A stretch of DNA of 64,000 nucleotides from Octopus bimaculoides (lineage: Eukaryota). A model generated the notes under the pieces. The model was given only the letters and a program-made list of their open reading frames with translations. It had not been told where the DNA came from and did no database searches. Positions 37,610-49,224 of the stretch are shown here, piece after piece. How positions within the stretch are numbered: the stretch's first letter is position 1; each line of letters begins with the position of its first letter. A program made the position numbers and the translations under genes. The DNA lies in the NCBI RefSeq assembly GCF_001194135.2, contig NC_068983.1:112897427-112961426 (forward strand), in the 5' to 3' direction.

Positions 37610-37778
37610 TTACTCTTTTACTCGTTTCAGTCATTTGACTGCGGCCATGCTGGAGCACTGCCTTTAGTCGAGCAAATCGACCCCAGGACTTATTCTTTGG
37701 AAGCCTAGTACTTATTCTATCAGTCTCTTTTACCAAACTGTTAAGTTACGGGGACGTAAACACACCACCATCGGTTGG
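37610..37778 (-). mobile_element. SINE family B 3' half
   Basis: tactcttttactcgtttcagtcatttgactgcggccatgctggagc.. Confidence 0.88.
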
Positions 37779-37779
37779 T

Positions 37780-38290
37780 AATGATGGGCAAAATGCTGTT
37801 AAACATTTTGCCCAGCATATAATGGGCTACAACAAATATTCTGCTCAATACCACAGGTTTGCTTGTCAGTTGATTGACCTTAAGCAGTTGAGCATGTCTT
37901 TTGGTGGCTGACAATATGTGTGTTTCTGATCACAAGCAGAAATTGTGGGAGAGCATCATAGCCATGTGTTGAGAGGAATTCTATGGGGTTTGAATAATTC
38001 ACATCTGGAAACATGAATGTTTCATTCAACGTTTTTAAACAAGGACCTTTTGAATGGGAAGGGCTACTCAACCTGAAGAAAATTCTAACTGGACCCCACC
38101 TGTAAGGCCATGCACTGTTTATCTTGATAAGAGATCACTGTCACATATAAATGGTTGTAATGCATGTGTCTGGTGTACTCTTAGCAGATGGGTAATCATG
38201 ATGGGTATATTGGGCTTCATATATCTGTACCCCAGTGTCACTTTGATGGCATGCGCTGCTCTCTCAATCAATAATAATAATAATAATAAT
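37780..38290 (+). mobile_element. TAA-tailed LINE 3' region (probably R4/Dong-like family)
   Basis: Reverse complement of 41620-42070; ends in (aat)n. Confidence 0.75.
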
Positions 38291-39154
38291 AAAATCCTGT
38301 CTATGTAATCTCAAATTTTAAAACAAACTCATAATTTTCTTATGTGTTCTTAAACATTCTGTAGAACAGCACTAGGTGCAAAACCAAATATTTGACACCT
38401 TAGGTATAACACCAACATGAACTTCTAACTTGTTGTCTCTTGAGGTCACTGAGTGACAATTGGAGTCAACTTGTACAAGTACAAAGCAAAAGTCAAACAT
38501 ATAATAATAAGAACAACAACAACAATGACGAGAGCAACAACAACAGTTGCCACAGAATATCATGCTAAAAGTGATGGCAGTTCATACTTTTCTATGGCCA
38601 ATACCTCATAAAACTGAGTAGAGTAGGAAGAGAGGCAAAACTTGCAACTCTGGTTGAGAAGCATAGCACTCAATACTGCAACTGAAGAATTCTTGGTTAT
38701 AGCAGAAAGAATGAATGCTTTGCCATCAAAAACCACTAAGAGCATATAATGAAGCAAAAGATATTAAGTAACTGTGGAATATATAGAACAGGTGAAACAT
38801 TTCGCCACATAGTCTCTTACTGCCAAGTACTAAGCCATAATATATTTATAGGTATGACAGGTTCTGAAAAGTATGCCAGCAGTTTGAAATACTAAGAGAA
38901 AAGAGATGATGTAAATATACACTAAAATGTCTCAGAAAATGACAAGCTTATATTCTGGGACATAACAATTGACACAGAAAAGAATTTTGAATGCTAATTG
39001 CCCAAATACTGTTGTCAAAGATGTACTTGCATAGCAAGTGACCTGATCTGAGATCATGTGCTGGAACGAAAACAATTGCAGTGTGGAAGGTGTTTATAAG
39101 CCATTAAAGAAACACAAAAACCATTAGATTCACTTCAACATTTAAATTTGATTT

Positions 39155-39204
39155 TCCAAAATATTTTCATTGCTTTGAGACATCGACCTGTTCACTGACA
39201 AAAT
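39155..39204 (-). ncRNA. Hammerhead-like motif, G3-C8 core variant (decayed)
   Basis: Minus strand: attttgtca GTGAACA g gtcga-tgtctcaaa-gcaat GAAA ATATT t tggaaaa. Confidence 0.5.
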
Positions 39205-39214
39205 TCCATGCTGC

Positions 39215-39267
39215 ATTTTGTCAGTGAACAGGTCACAGTCTCAAAACAACGAAGATATTTTGGCAAA
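39215..39267 (+). ncRNA. Hammerhead-like motif, G3-C8 core variant (decayed)
   Basis: attttgtca GTGAACA g gtcac-agtctcaaa-acaac GAAg ATATT t tggcaaa. 7-bp stem I tttgtca/tggcaaa; stem II decayed, apparently by CpG loss. Confidence 0.5.
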
Positions 39268-39764
39268 TTAAATTTAAATGTTGAAGTGAATCTAACGGTT
39301 TTTGCGTGTTTCTTAAATGGCTTATAAACACCTTCCATGCTGCAATTATTGTCAAAGAACTGACAAGAAAGGACATGCTCCTTAATTGAACTATTGATCC
39401 TAAAAGATAATGATATATCTTTTAAGTAAATGGAGATATTATTCAAATTAAAATATCTCCAAATAAAGATAAACAGGATGTGGTGACTGAAAACTGTAAT
39501 AGGCACTTTGGAAATGTTTAAAAGACATACAGCCAAAATCATAGTCAGGACATGGAAATATGCATAACATGGAGAAATAGCACTGGTAGGCAGTGGGCAT
39601 ATATTATGCTAATATAGTAGAAAATACAAAGCCAATAGAAAACATTTTTTCAAAGCTACTCAGAGTTGTGTTTTGTACTGCAATGAAAGTATGCACTAAA
39701 AATATGACTACTGGAAAATAGCAACAGAAATAAGAACGACAACATCAGTTGTTTCTAATTTAAG

Positions 39765-39960
39765 CACAAGGTCATCAGATTTAAGTGGAGAGTTCTAGCC
39801 AATTACATTGACCTTCCATATCTCAACTGGTACTTTCTTTTATCAACTTCATAGAAGTGAAAAGTGAAGGTAGCCTCAGCGGGATTTGAACTCTGAGCAT
39901 AATGAGCCAGAATAAATGCACAAAGTATACTTTATGATGTTCTAATGACTATGCCAATAA
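39765..39960 (-). mobile_element. Old SINE family C copy
   Basis: ctggtactttcttttatcaac..gaaaagtgaaggtagcctcagcgggatttgaactc. Confidence 0.6.
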
Positions 39961-40910
39961 AATGGCATAATGTTGAAGTTTAACATTACATAACTTTATT
40001 GAAGTTATATATTCTATTGCATGCAGAATGAGTGGAAAGAAACCAACGTTTGTTAAAACTTAATCCTGGACTGCAAAGCACCACATAGCTTTTGACAATA
40101 CTATCAAAATTCATGTATGTTTTTTCAGTCATAGTCCTTCAGCTGTCATTTCTGAGATTTAATGATTAGAAAAGAACATAAAACTATGTGCATGTTTATG
40201 ATTCCATAATGAAAGTAAAAATGATTTCACTGTTGTGAATCTATCTTTATCTGAAATGCTGTCATTAGAATTTTGGTAATAAATCCTTGTAAATGTATCT
40301 AAATAGTAGCCTATGTTCTAGATTACTTCCATTAACAGATTATTTAAATATTTTCTAGAGTATGATTTCTAAAAATATCCACATGTATCAAAATTGGAAA
40401 CATTTGCTCTTCTTATGAGAATGTTTACCAGGCTATCAATAATGTCTCTAGAATTTCGATTGTTTATTCTATGTACCTTATACTAAAACCATTCATTTCA
40501 TTTACTAGAACTCTGATAGAGTATGTTTTCATCTATTAAATTAGTACATAATTAGAGTAAAGAATTGAATTCACTTCATCAGAAAAAATGGTTTCTAAAT
40601 TCCTCAAAGTATTGCTTACTGAACCCCAAACCAGCTATAATCAATCATTCATAGCTATGATTAAAAATGTTCTCTATCTATGAGTTTTGTCTTATTTATT
40701 GTTCAGGGACAGTGTATCTAGGATTATCCAATTTGTTCTTCTTGATAGAATTTGATTTCTAGCAAGATTTTATTTATAGCTCTACCATACTGAATAGCTA
40801 TGCAAATGTTTCCTCTTTAGCTTGTAACAATGTTGGTTTCTAAATTTAGGGATCTGTTATTTATAACAAGAGGAAAATTAATGAGATTTTGAATATCTTA
40901 TTTTAAACAG

Positions 40911-40972
40911 ATTTAATTTCTGGAAGGTATTCATTCATCTCAATCAAATCTGTTTCTTTCATGCTAGCCTCG
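40911..40972 (+). other. Candidate isolated 62-nt exon
   Basis: tcttattttaaacAG acceptor and cg|GTAAGA donor; two frames open; no recognisable product. Confidence 0.2.
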
Positions 40973-41039
40973 GTAAGAATAAAGGTAAAAATACATAAGT
41001 AGAAAATAATATAAATAATAAAAATATTACTCAGAATGA

Positions 41040-41560
41040 GGTTATTGTTATTATTAATATTTATATTCTTTCTATTTTCCATTCTTTTCCTGAGTTACCT
41101 ATGTCATGCCTCATCTCCCTTTTGCCGCTTAGAAATGCAATACATTCAGCAATGTATATTCTTCTTATTATTATATTTATTATCATTTTGGTTTGTCTCA
41201 GGTTCAGTCTTATTCCTGGTAGGAATTATGTGGATAGCAGGTTACTACCGGTAACCTTAAGTATCCACAAGTTTCCAACAGTCTTTCAAGTGCTTAGAAC
41301 CCTCCTAATAATCCTTGCTGTCCCCAAAAGACACACTTTCTGTAGGAGCTCTGCCAGGCATTCTGTTTCAATCTCTCTCTGCTATTTGTCTATATCTTAG
41401 CTTGCTATTCCCAGCACACCAATTATTATAGGCATGACCTTTACTGTTCACATGCTCCAAATTTTTCCTATTTCAAATTTTAGGGGTTTGTATTTTTTAT
41501 GTTTATCTTAAAAGCTGGAATCAAATGGACATGTTGGGTCGATAAGTATGCAACTTCACT
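41040..41560 (-). mobile_element. Old R4/Dong-like 3' end
   Basis: Minus peptides VKVMPIIIGVLG and ELLQKVCLLGTARIIRRVL; ATT-rich flanks. Confidence 0.8.
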
Positions 41561-41589
41561 TTTCCTTATCTATTTATTATTTATTACTC

Positions 41590-42070
41590 TATCTATTATT
41601 ATTATTATTATTATTATGTGAGAGAGCAATGCATGCCATCAAAGTGACACTGGAGTAAAATATACGAAGCCCATTATACCCATCATGACTACCCGTCTGA
41701 CAAGGGTACACCAGGAACATGCATCACAACCATATGTGCGCGACATGGTAATCTCATATCAAGATAACCAACACATGACCTCGCAGGTGGGGCCCAGTTA
41801 GAATTTTCTTCAGGTCGAGTAGCCCATCTCACTCAAAAGGTCCCTGAATAAGGTTTGTTTAAGGATGTTGAGCAAAACACTCATGTTAACAAAGGTGAAT
41901 TATTTAAACCCCAAAGACTACCTCTCAACACATAGCTATGATGCTCCCCCACTACTTCTGCCCAGGATCAGAGATGCACATATCGTCAGCCACCAAGGGA
42001 CATGCTCAACTGGTTACGGTCAAACAACTGACAAGCAAGTCTGTGGTATTGAGTAGAATATTTGCTGTAG
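41590..42070 (-). mobile_element. TAA-tailed LINE 3' region
   Basis: Reverse complement of 37780-38290; (att)n tail at ~41590-41617. Confidence 0.8.
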
Positions 42071-42187
42071 CCCTATTCTATTCATTATTCCTCAGCTATT
42101 TAGTATGTGGTGTGTGCTTATATTACATCTTGCCACTTTCTAACCCTCCTCCCCACTTTGCACACAGTTTCCAATCTAGCACTTTCA

Positions 42188-42440
42188 CTACCTAGTCATG
42201 TCACCACAACTTGTAGTGGTTTTGGCAAGTCTAGAGCATTCGTTCATGATATGGGCAAGAGTTTCATCCTCTATATTACAGATGCAGCACAGCAGAGAAA
42301 CTTGTCCATTCCTAAGGTTGACCCTTCTGTTCATAGCCAAAGATTGGTCTTGCACTGCCAGTATAGTGCTCTTGGTCTCTTTTTTTTTAGGGTCCCTTTC
42401 ATCAGCCAATCCTACCTATCTTTTCCAGCAACGTCTGTTG
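42188..42440 (-). mobile_element. R4/Dong-like fragment with zinc knuckle
   Basis: KKETKSTILAVQDQSLAMN..LLCCICNIEDETLAHIMNECSRLAK. Confidence 0.85.
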
Positions 42441-42444
42441 TGAC

Positions 42445-42850
42445 TATTATTATTATTATTTATTGTCTTTGTACAGCTTCTAACACTGGAGTTATACTAT
42501 GGTACCAGTTGATCCCTACCAGTGAACTAAGGTAACACTCCTTATTTTTCGAGCACCATCCAGAGTGTTCAAGCGGTTCCAAGCAGTGCTGTTTTCTGCA
42601 AGTGCTCCACCCTTATTGCAGTCCCTATTTGTTCTATGTACTTCTCAAGATTTTTACTCACACTTCCAAGGGCTCCAACAGTTATTGGTAGTACCACCAC
42701 CTTTTTCATCGACCACAACTGCTTAACCTCCCAAGCTAACCTGTCATATTTATCGACTTTTCTTTCTTCCTTCCTTATCACATACTGTGTTGTCAGCTGG
42801 ACATGCTATATCTATTATCCAGCATCGTTTGCTTTCTTTCTCAGTTAACA
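42445..42850 (-). mobile_element. R4/Dong-like 3' end (RLE endonuclease C-terminus)
   Basis: KVDKYDRLAWEVKQLWSMKKVVVLPITVGALGSV..LQKTALLGTA; (att)n at both ends. Confidence 0.88.
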
Positions 42851-42852
42851 CT

Positions 42853-43005
42853 ATTATTATTATTGTTGTTATTATTATTGTTCAGTAGTTTTATTTTTAT
42901 AACGTGCTTTCACTTCACTACCGAGCACAGCTCTATGTGCCTTGGGTATGTGCTGTGATGCTCTTATGGTTACTGTATTATTATTATTACTATTATTATT
43001 ATCAT
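42853..43005 (-). mobile_element. ~100-bp 3' tip of the young Dong-like family between ATT arrays
   Basis: 42880-42978 matches 13601-13710 and 49561-49670, with a small deletion. Confidence 0.88.
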
Positions 43006-43009
43006 TATT

Positions 43010-43270
43010 ATGCTGGGGCATACTCATTTAATTAGTAGGTATTTTATCTTGGTATTCAGTGACAAGTCTTCTCAAATCTCAAGAAACTATCCTAGGATTC
43101 TTCAGAATATAGGATGGTACCTTTCTGCAGGTCAACAATGCAAGTTCTCTTTCACTCTTTCACTTTTTTAGGTAACATTTTGTAGCATCAACATGCTGGT
43201 GTCCCAGAAGTAATCGGTGCTAAGTACACCAATTACCATCAGGGTACCAGTACATTGATGGTTCTATGAG
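43010..43270 (-). mobile_element. Very old Dong-like 3' fragment
   Basis: Minus-strand gacctgcagaaaggtaccatccta gives DLQKGTIL, like LQKTALLG; otherwise decayed. Confidence 0.4.
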
Positions 43271-43687
43271 GATTTATTATATAATGTTTGTCTCTTTAAT
43301 TTTCTAATATGCAGATAAGTATAAGATTTGTGTGATGTTAACTTTCTAGAATATGTAAAATTATCATAGCCATAACATATAGGGATCAAGAAATGTATCA
43401 TATTTAAGTCAAAATTATGAATTAAAAAATGATAAGAAAGATGAGAATGCATTTAATAGGGATCTTTCAATTTAGATTCAAACTTTGTTCCAACTTCTTA
43501 GTTATAATCATGATCTGTTTATTTTATGTTATCAGTCTGTATTGTTGTTTTGTTTTATAGTCACTCCCTGAGCTAAAAAGCATACAAACAAAACTCATGA
43601 ATATATACTGGTGTGTATATGTAAATGTATTCATATATACATACATACAAGTATATGCATTCATACACACACACACACGTGTGTGTA

Positions 43688-44030
43688 TCATCATCATCAT
43701 CAATATTTAACTTTCGCTTTCCATGCTGGCAGGTTCCAGTCTGATTTAACAGGGCTTTTATACCTGGATACCCTTCCTAACACCAACTGCTCTAAGAGTG
43801 TAATGGGTACTAACACAAGTACTATTTATATGACACTAGCAATAGCCACAACTATGATTTCACTTGGCTTGACAAGTCTTCTCAAGCATGACATATCGCC
43901 AAATGACTCAATCACTTTCCATCACTTCTGTGAAGCCCAGCATTCAAAGATCATACTATCAGCAATGACCACAATTATGATTTCACAGGTGCTGTTCACA
44001 TGACATTGGCGACAGCCATGGTTGTGATTT
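43688..44030 (-). mobile_element. Old RTE 3' end
   Basis: (cat)n-tttaactttcgctttccatgctgg..ggatacccttcctaacaccaac. Confidence 0.7.
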
Positions 44031-44504
44031 ATATCTATATAACACCCTCATGCATAAACACACACATGTTTTTTCATTGGGTGTTGATAGGATCAAGAGT
44101 TCAATATCCATAAATTTCTGCTGTCATCTGAACAATTAAAGATGACAATATATTTTGAAGGTAAATATTAATGTTAATAAAATATTTCATATCAGAAATT
44201 CATTTCCATACTTTTAATTTTAGCCTACTCTGTATTTTCTATTGACAATTACTTAGCCTGAATTTTGCAATTTTAGTTTCACAATTTAATAGTATTTCAT
44301 AAATCAAATATATTAAATGCCTTCAGGAAATTAGATGTATGAACTTCAACACTTTATATGCATGAAAACCTATTAAGAAACTGCAATAGTTTTTTCCTCG
44401 ATTTGCATGCTCATGTAATCAAATTTTAAAAAAAGAGCAAACCCTTATATATATCAGTGTGAACTCATTTTATACAAATTACAAATTCCACTTCAAATTG
44501 TCTA

Positions 44505-44568
<64 letters not shown>

Positions 44569-45139
44569 GAAAGAGAGAGAGAAAGAGAAAGAGAGATTTA
44601 TATATATATATATNNNNNNNNNNNNNNNNNNNNNNNNNNNNNNNNNNNNNNNNNNNNNNNNNNNNNNNNNNNNNNNNNNNNNNNNNNNNNNNNNNNNNNN
44701 NNNNNNNNNNNNNNNNNNNNNNNNNNNNNNNNNNNNNNNNNNNNNNNNNNNNNNNNNNNNNNNNNNNNNNNNNNNNNNNNNNNNNNNNNNNNNNNNNNNN
44801 NNNNNNNNNNNNNNNNNNNNNNNNNNNNNNNNNNNNNNNNNNNNNNNNNNNNNNNNNNNNNNNNNNNNNNNNNNNNNNNNNNNNNNNNNNNNNNNNNNNN
44901 NNNNNNNNNNNNNNNNNNNNNNNNNNNNNNNNNNNNNNNNNNNNACAAAAAACAAGACAGGAAAACAAACAGAAAAGGTTTTACGGCCAGACGAGAAAAA
45001 TTATGTGTGTATGAACGCTGTGAGGCACGAACTTGAAAGTAGGGACGAAGTGGTTCACGTGTTTGCTCGGCGATAGCCAAGGAAGAAAAGGATTATTGAC
45101 AGGAAGCATGTGACCATGCTGGTGTAAGGGGAAGAGAGA

Positions 45140-45480
45140 GAGTGATAGAGGGAGAAACAAAGGGAGGAAGTAGAAGAATAGGTGAGCAACGAGAGGAAAA
45201 GAGAAAGAGAGGAAGTACAAGGGGGAAAAAGAGATTCGTAGTAGTAACAGAGGAAGAACGAGAGGGGTAAAGCGAGATACGTAGTAGTAAAGAGGAAGAA
45301 CGAGGGGAAGAGAGAGAGAGTGGTAGAGGGAGAAAGTAGAAGAATAGGTGAGCAACGAAAGGAAAAGAGAAAGAGAGGAAGTACGAGGGAGGGAAAAGAG
45401 ATACGTAGTAGTAACAGAGGAAGCACGAGAGGGGTAAAGCGAGATACGTAGTAGTAAAGAGGAAGAACGAGAGGGGGAAA
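45140..45480. repeat. Purine-strand minisatellite: two ~170-bp units with ~37-bp subrepeats
   Basis: agtagaagaataggtgagcaacga..gaaaagagaaagagaggaagtac occurs twice; gagatacgtagtagtaa.agaggaag.acgag occurs four times. Confidence 0.85.
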
Positions 45481-45564
45481 AATGATAGAGGAAGAGAAAG
45501 AGATAGAGTAGCGTCGGAAAATATGAAGTTACGGTGTGTGTGTAAGTGCATGTGCATGTGCATG

Positions 45565-45876
45565 GGCATGTGTAAGGACTTTCGAGCGAGATCGTTGCCA
45601 GTGCCCCTGGACTGGCTCTTGTGCGGGTGGCACATAAAATACACCATTTTGAGCGTGGCCATTGCTAGTACCGCCTGACTGGCCTTCGTGCCGGTGGCAC
45701 ATAAAAGCACCCACTACACTCTCGGAGTGGTTGGCATTAGGAAGGGCTTCCAGCTGTAGAAACTCTGCCAAATCAGATTGGTGCCTGGTGTAGACATCTG
45801 GTTTCACCAGTCCTCAGTCAAATCATCCAACCCATGCTAGCATGGAAAGCGGACGTTAAACGATGATGATGATGAT
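45565..45876 (+). mobile_element. RTE LINE 3' end
   Basis: Ends catggaaagcggacgttaaacgatgatgatgatgatg. Confidence 0.88.
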
Positions 45877-46375
45877 GTGTGTGTGTGTGTGTNNNNNNNN
45901 NNNNNNNNNNNNNNNNNNNNNNNNNNNNNNNNNNNNNNNNNNNNNNNNNNNNNNNNNNNNNNNNNNNNNNNNNNNNNNNNNNNNNNNNNNNNNNNNNNNN
46001 NNNNNNNNNNNNNNNNNNNNNNNNNNNNNNNNNNNNNNNNNNNNNNNNNNNNNNNNNNNNNNNNNNNNNNNNNNNNNNNNNNNNNNNNNNNNNNNNNNNN
46101 NNNNNNNNNNNNNNNNNNNNNNNNNNNNNNNNNNNNNNNNNNNNNNNNNNNNNNNNNNNNNNNNNNNNNNNNNNNNNNNNNNNNNNNNNNNNNNNNNNNN
46201 NNNNNNNNNNNNNNNNNNNNNNNNNNNNNNNNNNNNNNNNNNNNNNNNNNNNNNNNNNNNNNNNNNNNNNNNNNNNNNNNNNNNNNNNNNNNNNNNNNNN
46301 NNNNNNNNNNNNNNNNNNNNNNNNNNNNNNNNNNNNNNNNNNNNNNNNNNNNNNNNNNNNNNNNNNNNNNNNNNN

Positions 46376-46409
<34 letters not shown>

Positions 46410-46559
46410 GTTCGTTCTCAGTCGAAAGACACCTGTTGTTGTTTCTTGTTTGTATTTGTAATTGTGTACCATGTTCTCCGTTTTTTTTTGTCTTTGTTGC
46501 CATGTGATCCTGATTATTTTATGCATAGCTCAACAAAGCTATACTTAAATCTTTTCTTC

Positions 46560-46968
46560 TTATTTATTTGTTTTAATCCTTAGACAGTGTCCATGCTGGG
46601 ACACAGCAGTAAAAGGTTCAGTTAAACAAACTCCAGTTCCCAATTTTTATAAGCTTAGTATGTATCCTATTAGTCTCCTTTTCTACACTGCTAAGTAGTG
46701 GGTAAGAAAACAAATTAACACTGGTCAAGCTGCAGTGGAGTGATGACAAACACACATACACACAAACAAAAAGACACGCATGCATGGACATACACATACA
46801 CACTCACACTTACACATGCACACTTACATACACACATGCACACAAACACAAACATGCATCTTTCAATTTCCATCAACCGAATCTAAGACTGGTGTTATAA
46901 TAGAAGACACTTGCCTAGACCACATGGTTGGGAAGTATGTTTCTTAACCACACAGCCACACCTATGTC
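46560..46968 (-). mobile_element. Old SINE family B copy
   Basis: atagaagacacttgcc..ccacatggttgggaag..cttaaccacacagccac. Confidence 0.65.
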
Positions 46969-47372
46969 TGAAGACATAAGTAATATAAGAAATGGGTAAT
47001 GTTTTCATATTATAACACTAGCTCAGTCACAGACTTAGCTCACCAAGAATTTTTTACTATTATGTAGCATGTGTCCAAGGATGACTACATGAAGCCCTTT
47101 TGACTAAATACATTGTGAAATTGAAGTAACTTGACCAAAATATTGGTACATTTTTATTGATGCTAGATGAAACATTGATATGTTAACTACAATTAAGCAA
47201 ATTATTCACAAAGAAAATTTAAGTAAATAATAAACGTCTTCTATTTACGTTTTGATTTCAAATAAAACATTACCAATATGATTCTATATCCAAAATTTAG
47301 TTTCCCATTTCTTCATGGAATTTAATATTATGTTTTGCATTTCTCAGTACTTTATACACACACACACATGTA

Positions 47373-47585
47373 TGATAGGTAGTGTAAAGTTCCTGGCTTT
47401 GGGTAAAAGAAAATACAAGATCACTTAACTATGATTTCAATCAACATATTCTCCTCTCAGATTCACACATTTATTGCAGCAGTCTTTCAGTTTTTCTAAG
47501 CTCTGCTAAAGAACTTGGAAGGTTAGGTCTCCAACTAAGCCTTCTGTAATACTCTTAAAGCCAGGAACTTTGCAGCACTCCCTCG
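47373..47585. mobile_element. Mariner-type MITE
   Basis: TIR cores aaagttcctggcttt / aaagccaggaacttt (15 bp perfect), TA flanks, ~213 bp. Confidence 0.85.
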
Positions 47586-47634
47586 TATTTATAAAATGTA
47601 GTATATTACAAAATTGTTAATAAAAGTATCTTAC

Positions 47635-47775
47635 CTCAAATTCAAATCAAAAGCACACATTCATCTATGCTGACATAATTTGAGTATTAGAGTGTGAGAT
47701 TCTAAATATATCAATGAGTTTCACTGCAAGATTTATCAACTTACCTGGAAAACAACAAAAATAAAATATAATATG
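47635..47775 (-). other. Candidate recursive splice site (AG|GTAAGT) with 110-nt RS-exon
   Basis: Minus strand: attttatttttgttgttttccAG|GTAAGTtg at 47745/47744; second donor gag|GTAAGA at 47635/47634; stops in all three frames. Confidence 0.35.
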
Positions 47776-49224
47776 TATGAATTTATGAGAGGCATATGTT
47801 TAAAATGTTTGAAGCAAAATAAATTTCAATATACATGACAAAAAAGCTGTTGTATCTAATGAATCAAGGAAAAATGTAAGGATGGCTAATGATCGTTAAA
47901 TCACTCAACAAGTGTTTGTAAGTATTTTACTTTAATGGCAATCCTACCACTCAATTAAAAATTTGTCTGCAATTGTATTGTTTATGTTAAAACTGGCACC
48001 AATAAATACATTCAATATGAGGTCAACTAAATAATGTGACAATCAGAAAAGACTTTTGAATAATGAAATTGAGAAGAATGAAAGTCTACTTTATGAATTT
48101 TAAAAATTGTCTCATTTAAATTTTGTTATCCTTGCCTGTATTATATTATAGTTATATCTGTATAGTTAAATTCTGTGAGAGGCCATTTCTTTATAAAAAA
48201 ATGGATGCTATAGTAAAAGAGCAGTTAATGAGAATATCTTGCTTTAAATTTGTAGGAAGTTTACTGACACCAAAACAATTCTATGTAACAGATGCAATTT
48301 TATCAAAACTTTCTTGATGCATTTGACTGTTTTTCTTTTGTCACCCTCTTCATGTCTCACGTCACAAATCATTTATTAAATAATAGCTAAACAAGTTAGT
48401 GCAAATATATTTAATGCAAATGACATCAAAAAAATTAACCAGAGATTATTAAGCTGTGAAGAAAAACAATATTAGTATGGAAGATAACTCCACACATGTT
48501 TGGTCTCATTAGATCTTCTCAGCAAATCATAAAATTCTTAGTACTTGCTGAAATTTGGAAAGGAGAATATGCTTGTATCTTTGGAGGGTAATTTTGCCAA
48601 AAAGAGATACAAGCACTGAGCTTGTGTTTCTTATAGGCAAAATAAACTTCTCATGGTGCAGTGACATACGTTTTGACACCCTTTTTTTATATCAAAGATC
48701 ACACAAAACAAATACAAACATGAAAAGAGAATTTCCAATGAAATGCATAGGAATTTATGCTGGTTTGCATCAGAAAATAGAAATATTCTGAGAATATTTT
48801 ACTAAATAAATTGATTTTTGCCAAGTGTATGATGTCTAAGGCTAATTTATTCCATGAATATTCATCATATACTTTAGTGAAACTTCATTTCTGGAACAAC
48901 ATCTTCATTATCAATAAACCAAAAAGCCTGTTATCTATAAAAGTGAAATAATTGTGTTTAATGCCTGCAATACATGATTAGTAAACACAATAACCTGTCA
49001 GAGACAGATTGATATAACATTCACTTCACAACTTGTTGATTTATATTATCTAACTAGGGAAATAGATTGTTTTTTTTTGTTTTTGTTTTTTTGACAATAG
49101 CAGTACCATTCATTTCCAGATCAACTAAGCTACCAATCTCCTTGAGACTAAAGTAAGTTAAAGCCGAATAATAATCAACATATTATACCACATATTCAAT
49201 TAATTGTCCAAGTTATTTCCTCTA

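Larger units (their letters stand above)
39074..39347. repeat. ~274-bp imperfect palindrome, each arm carrying a hammerhead-like motif
   Basis: Central 20-bp perfect stem gacctgttcactgacaaaat / attttgtcagtgaacaggtc with a 10-nt loop; ends aattgcagtgtggaaggtgtttataagcc / ggcttataaacaccttccatgctgcaatt. Confidence 0.93.

Noticed and set aside
46405-46500. gtc-GAAA-gac tetraloop next to (TA)n as a possible ribozyme piece
   Set aside because: No catalytic core or stem I; only a 3-bp stem.
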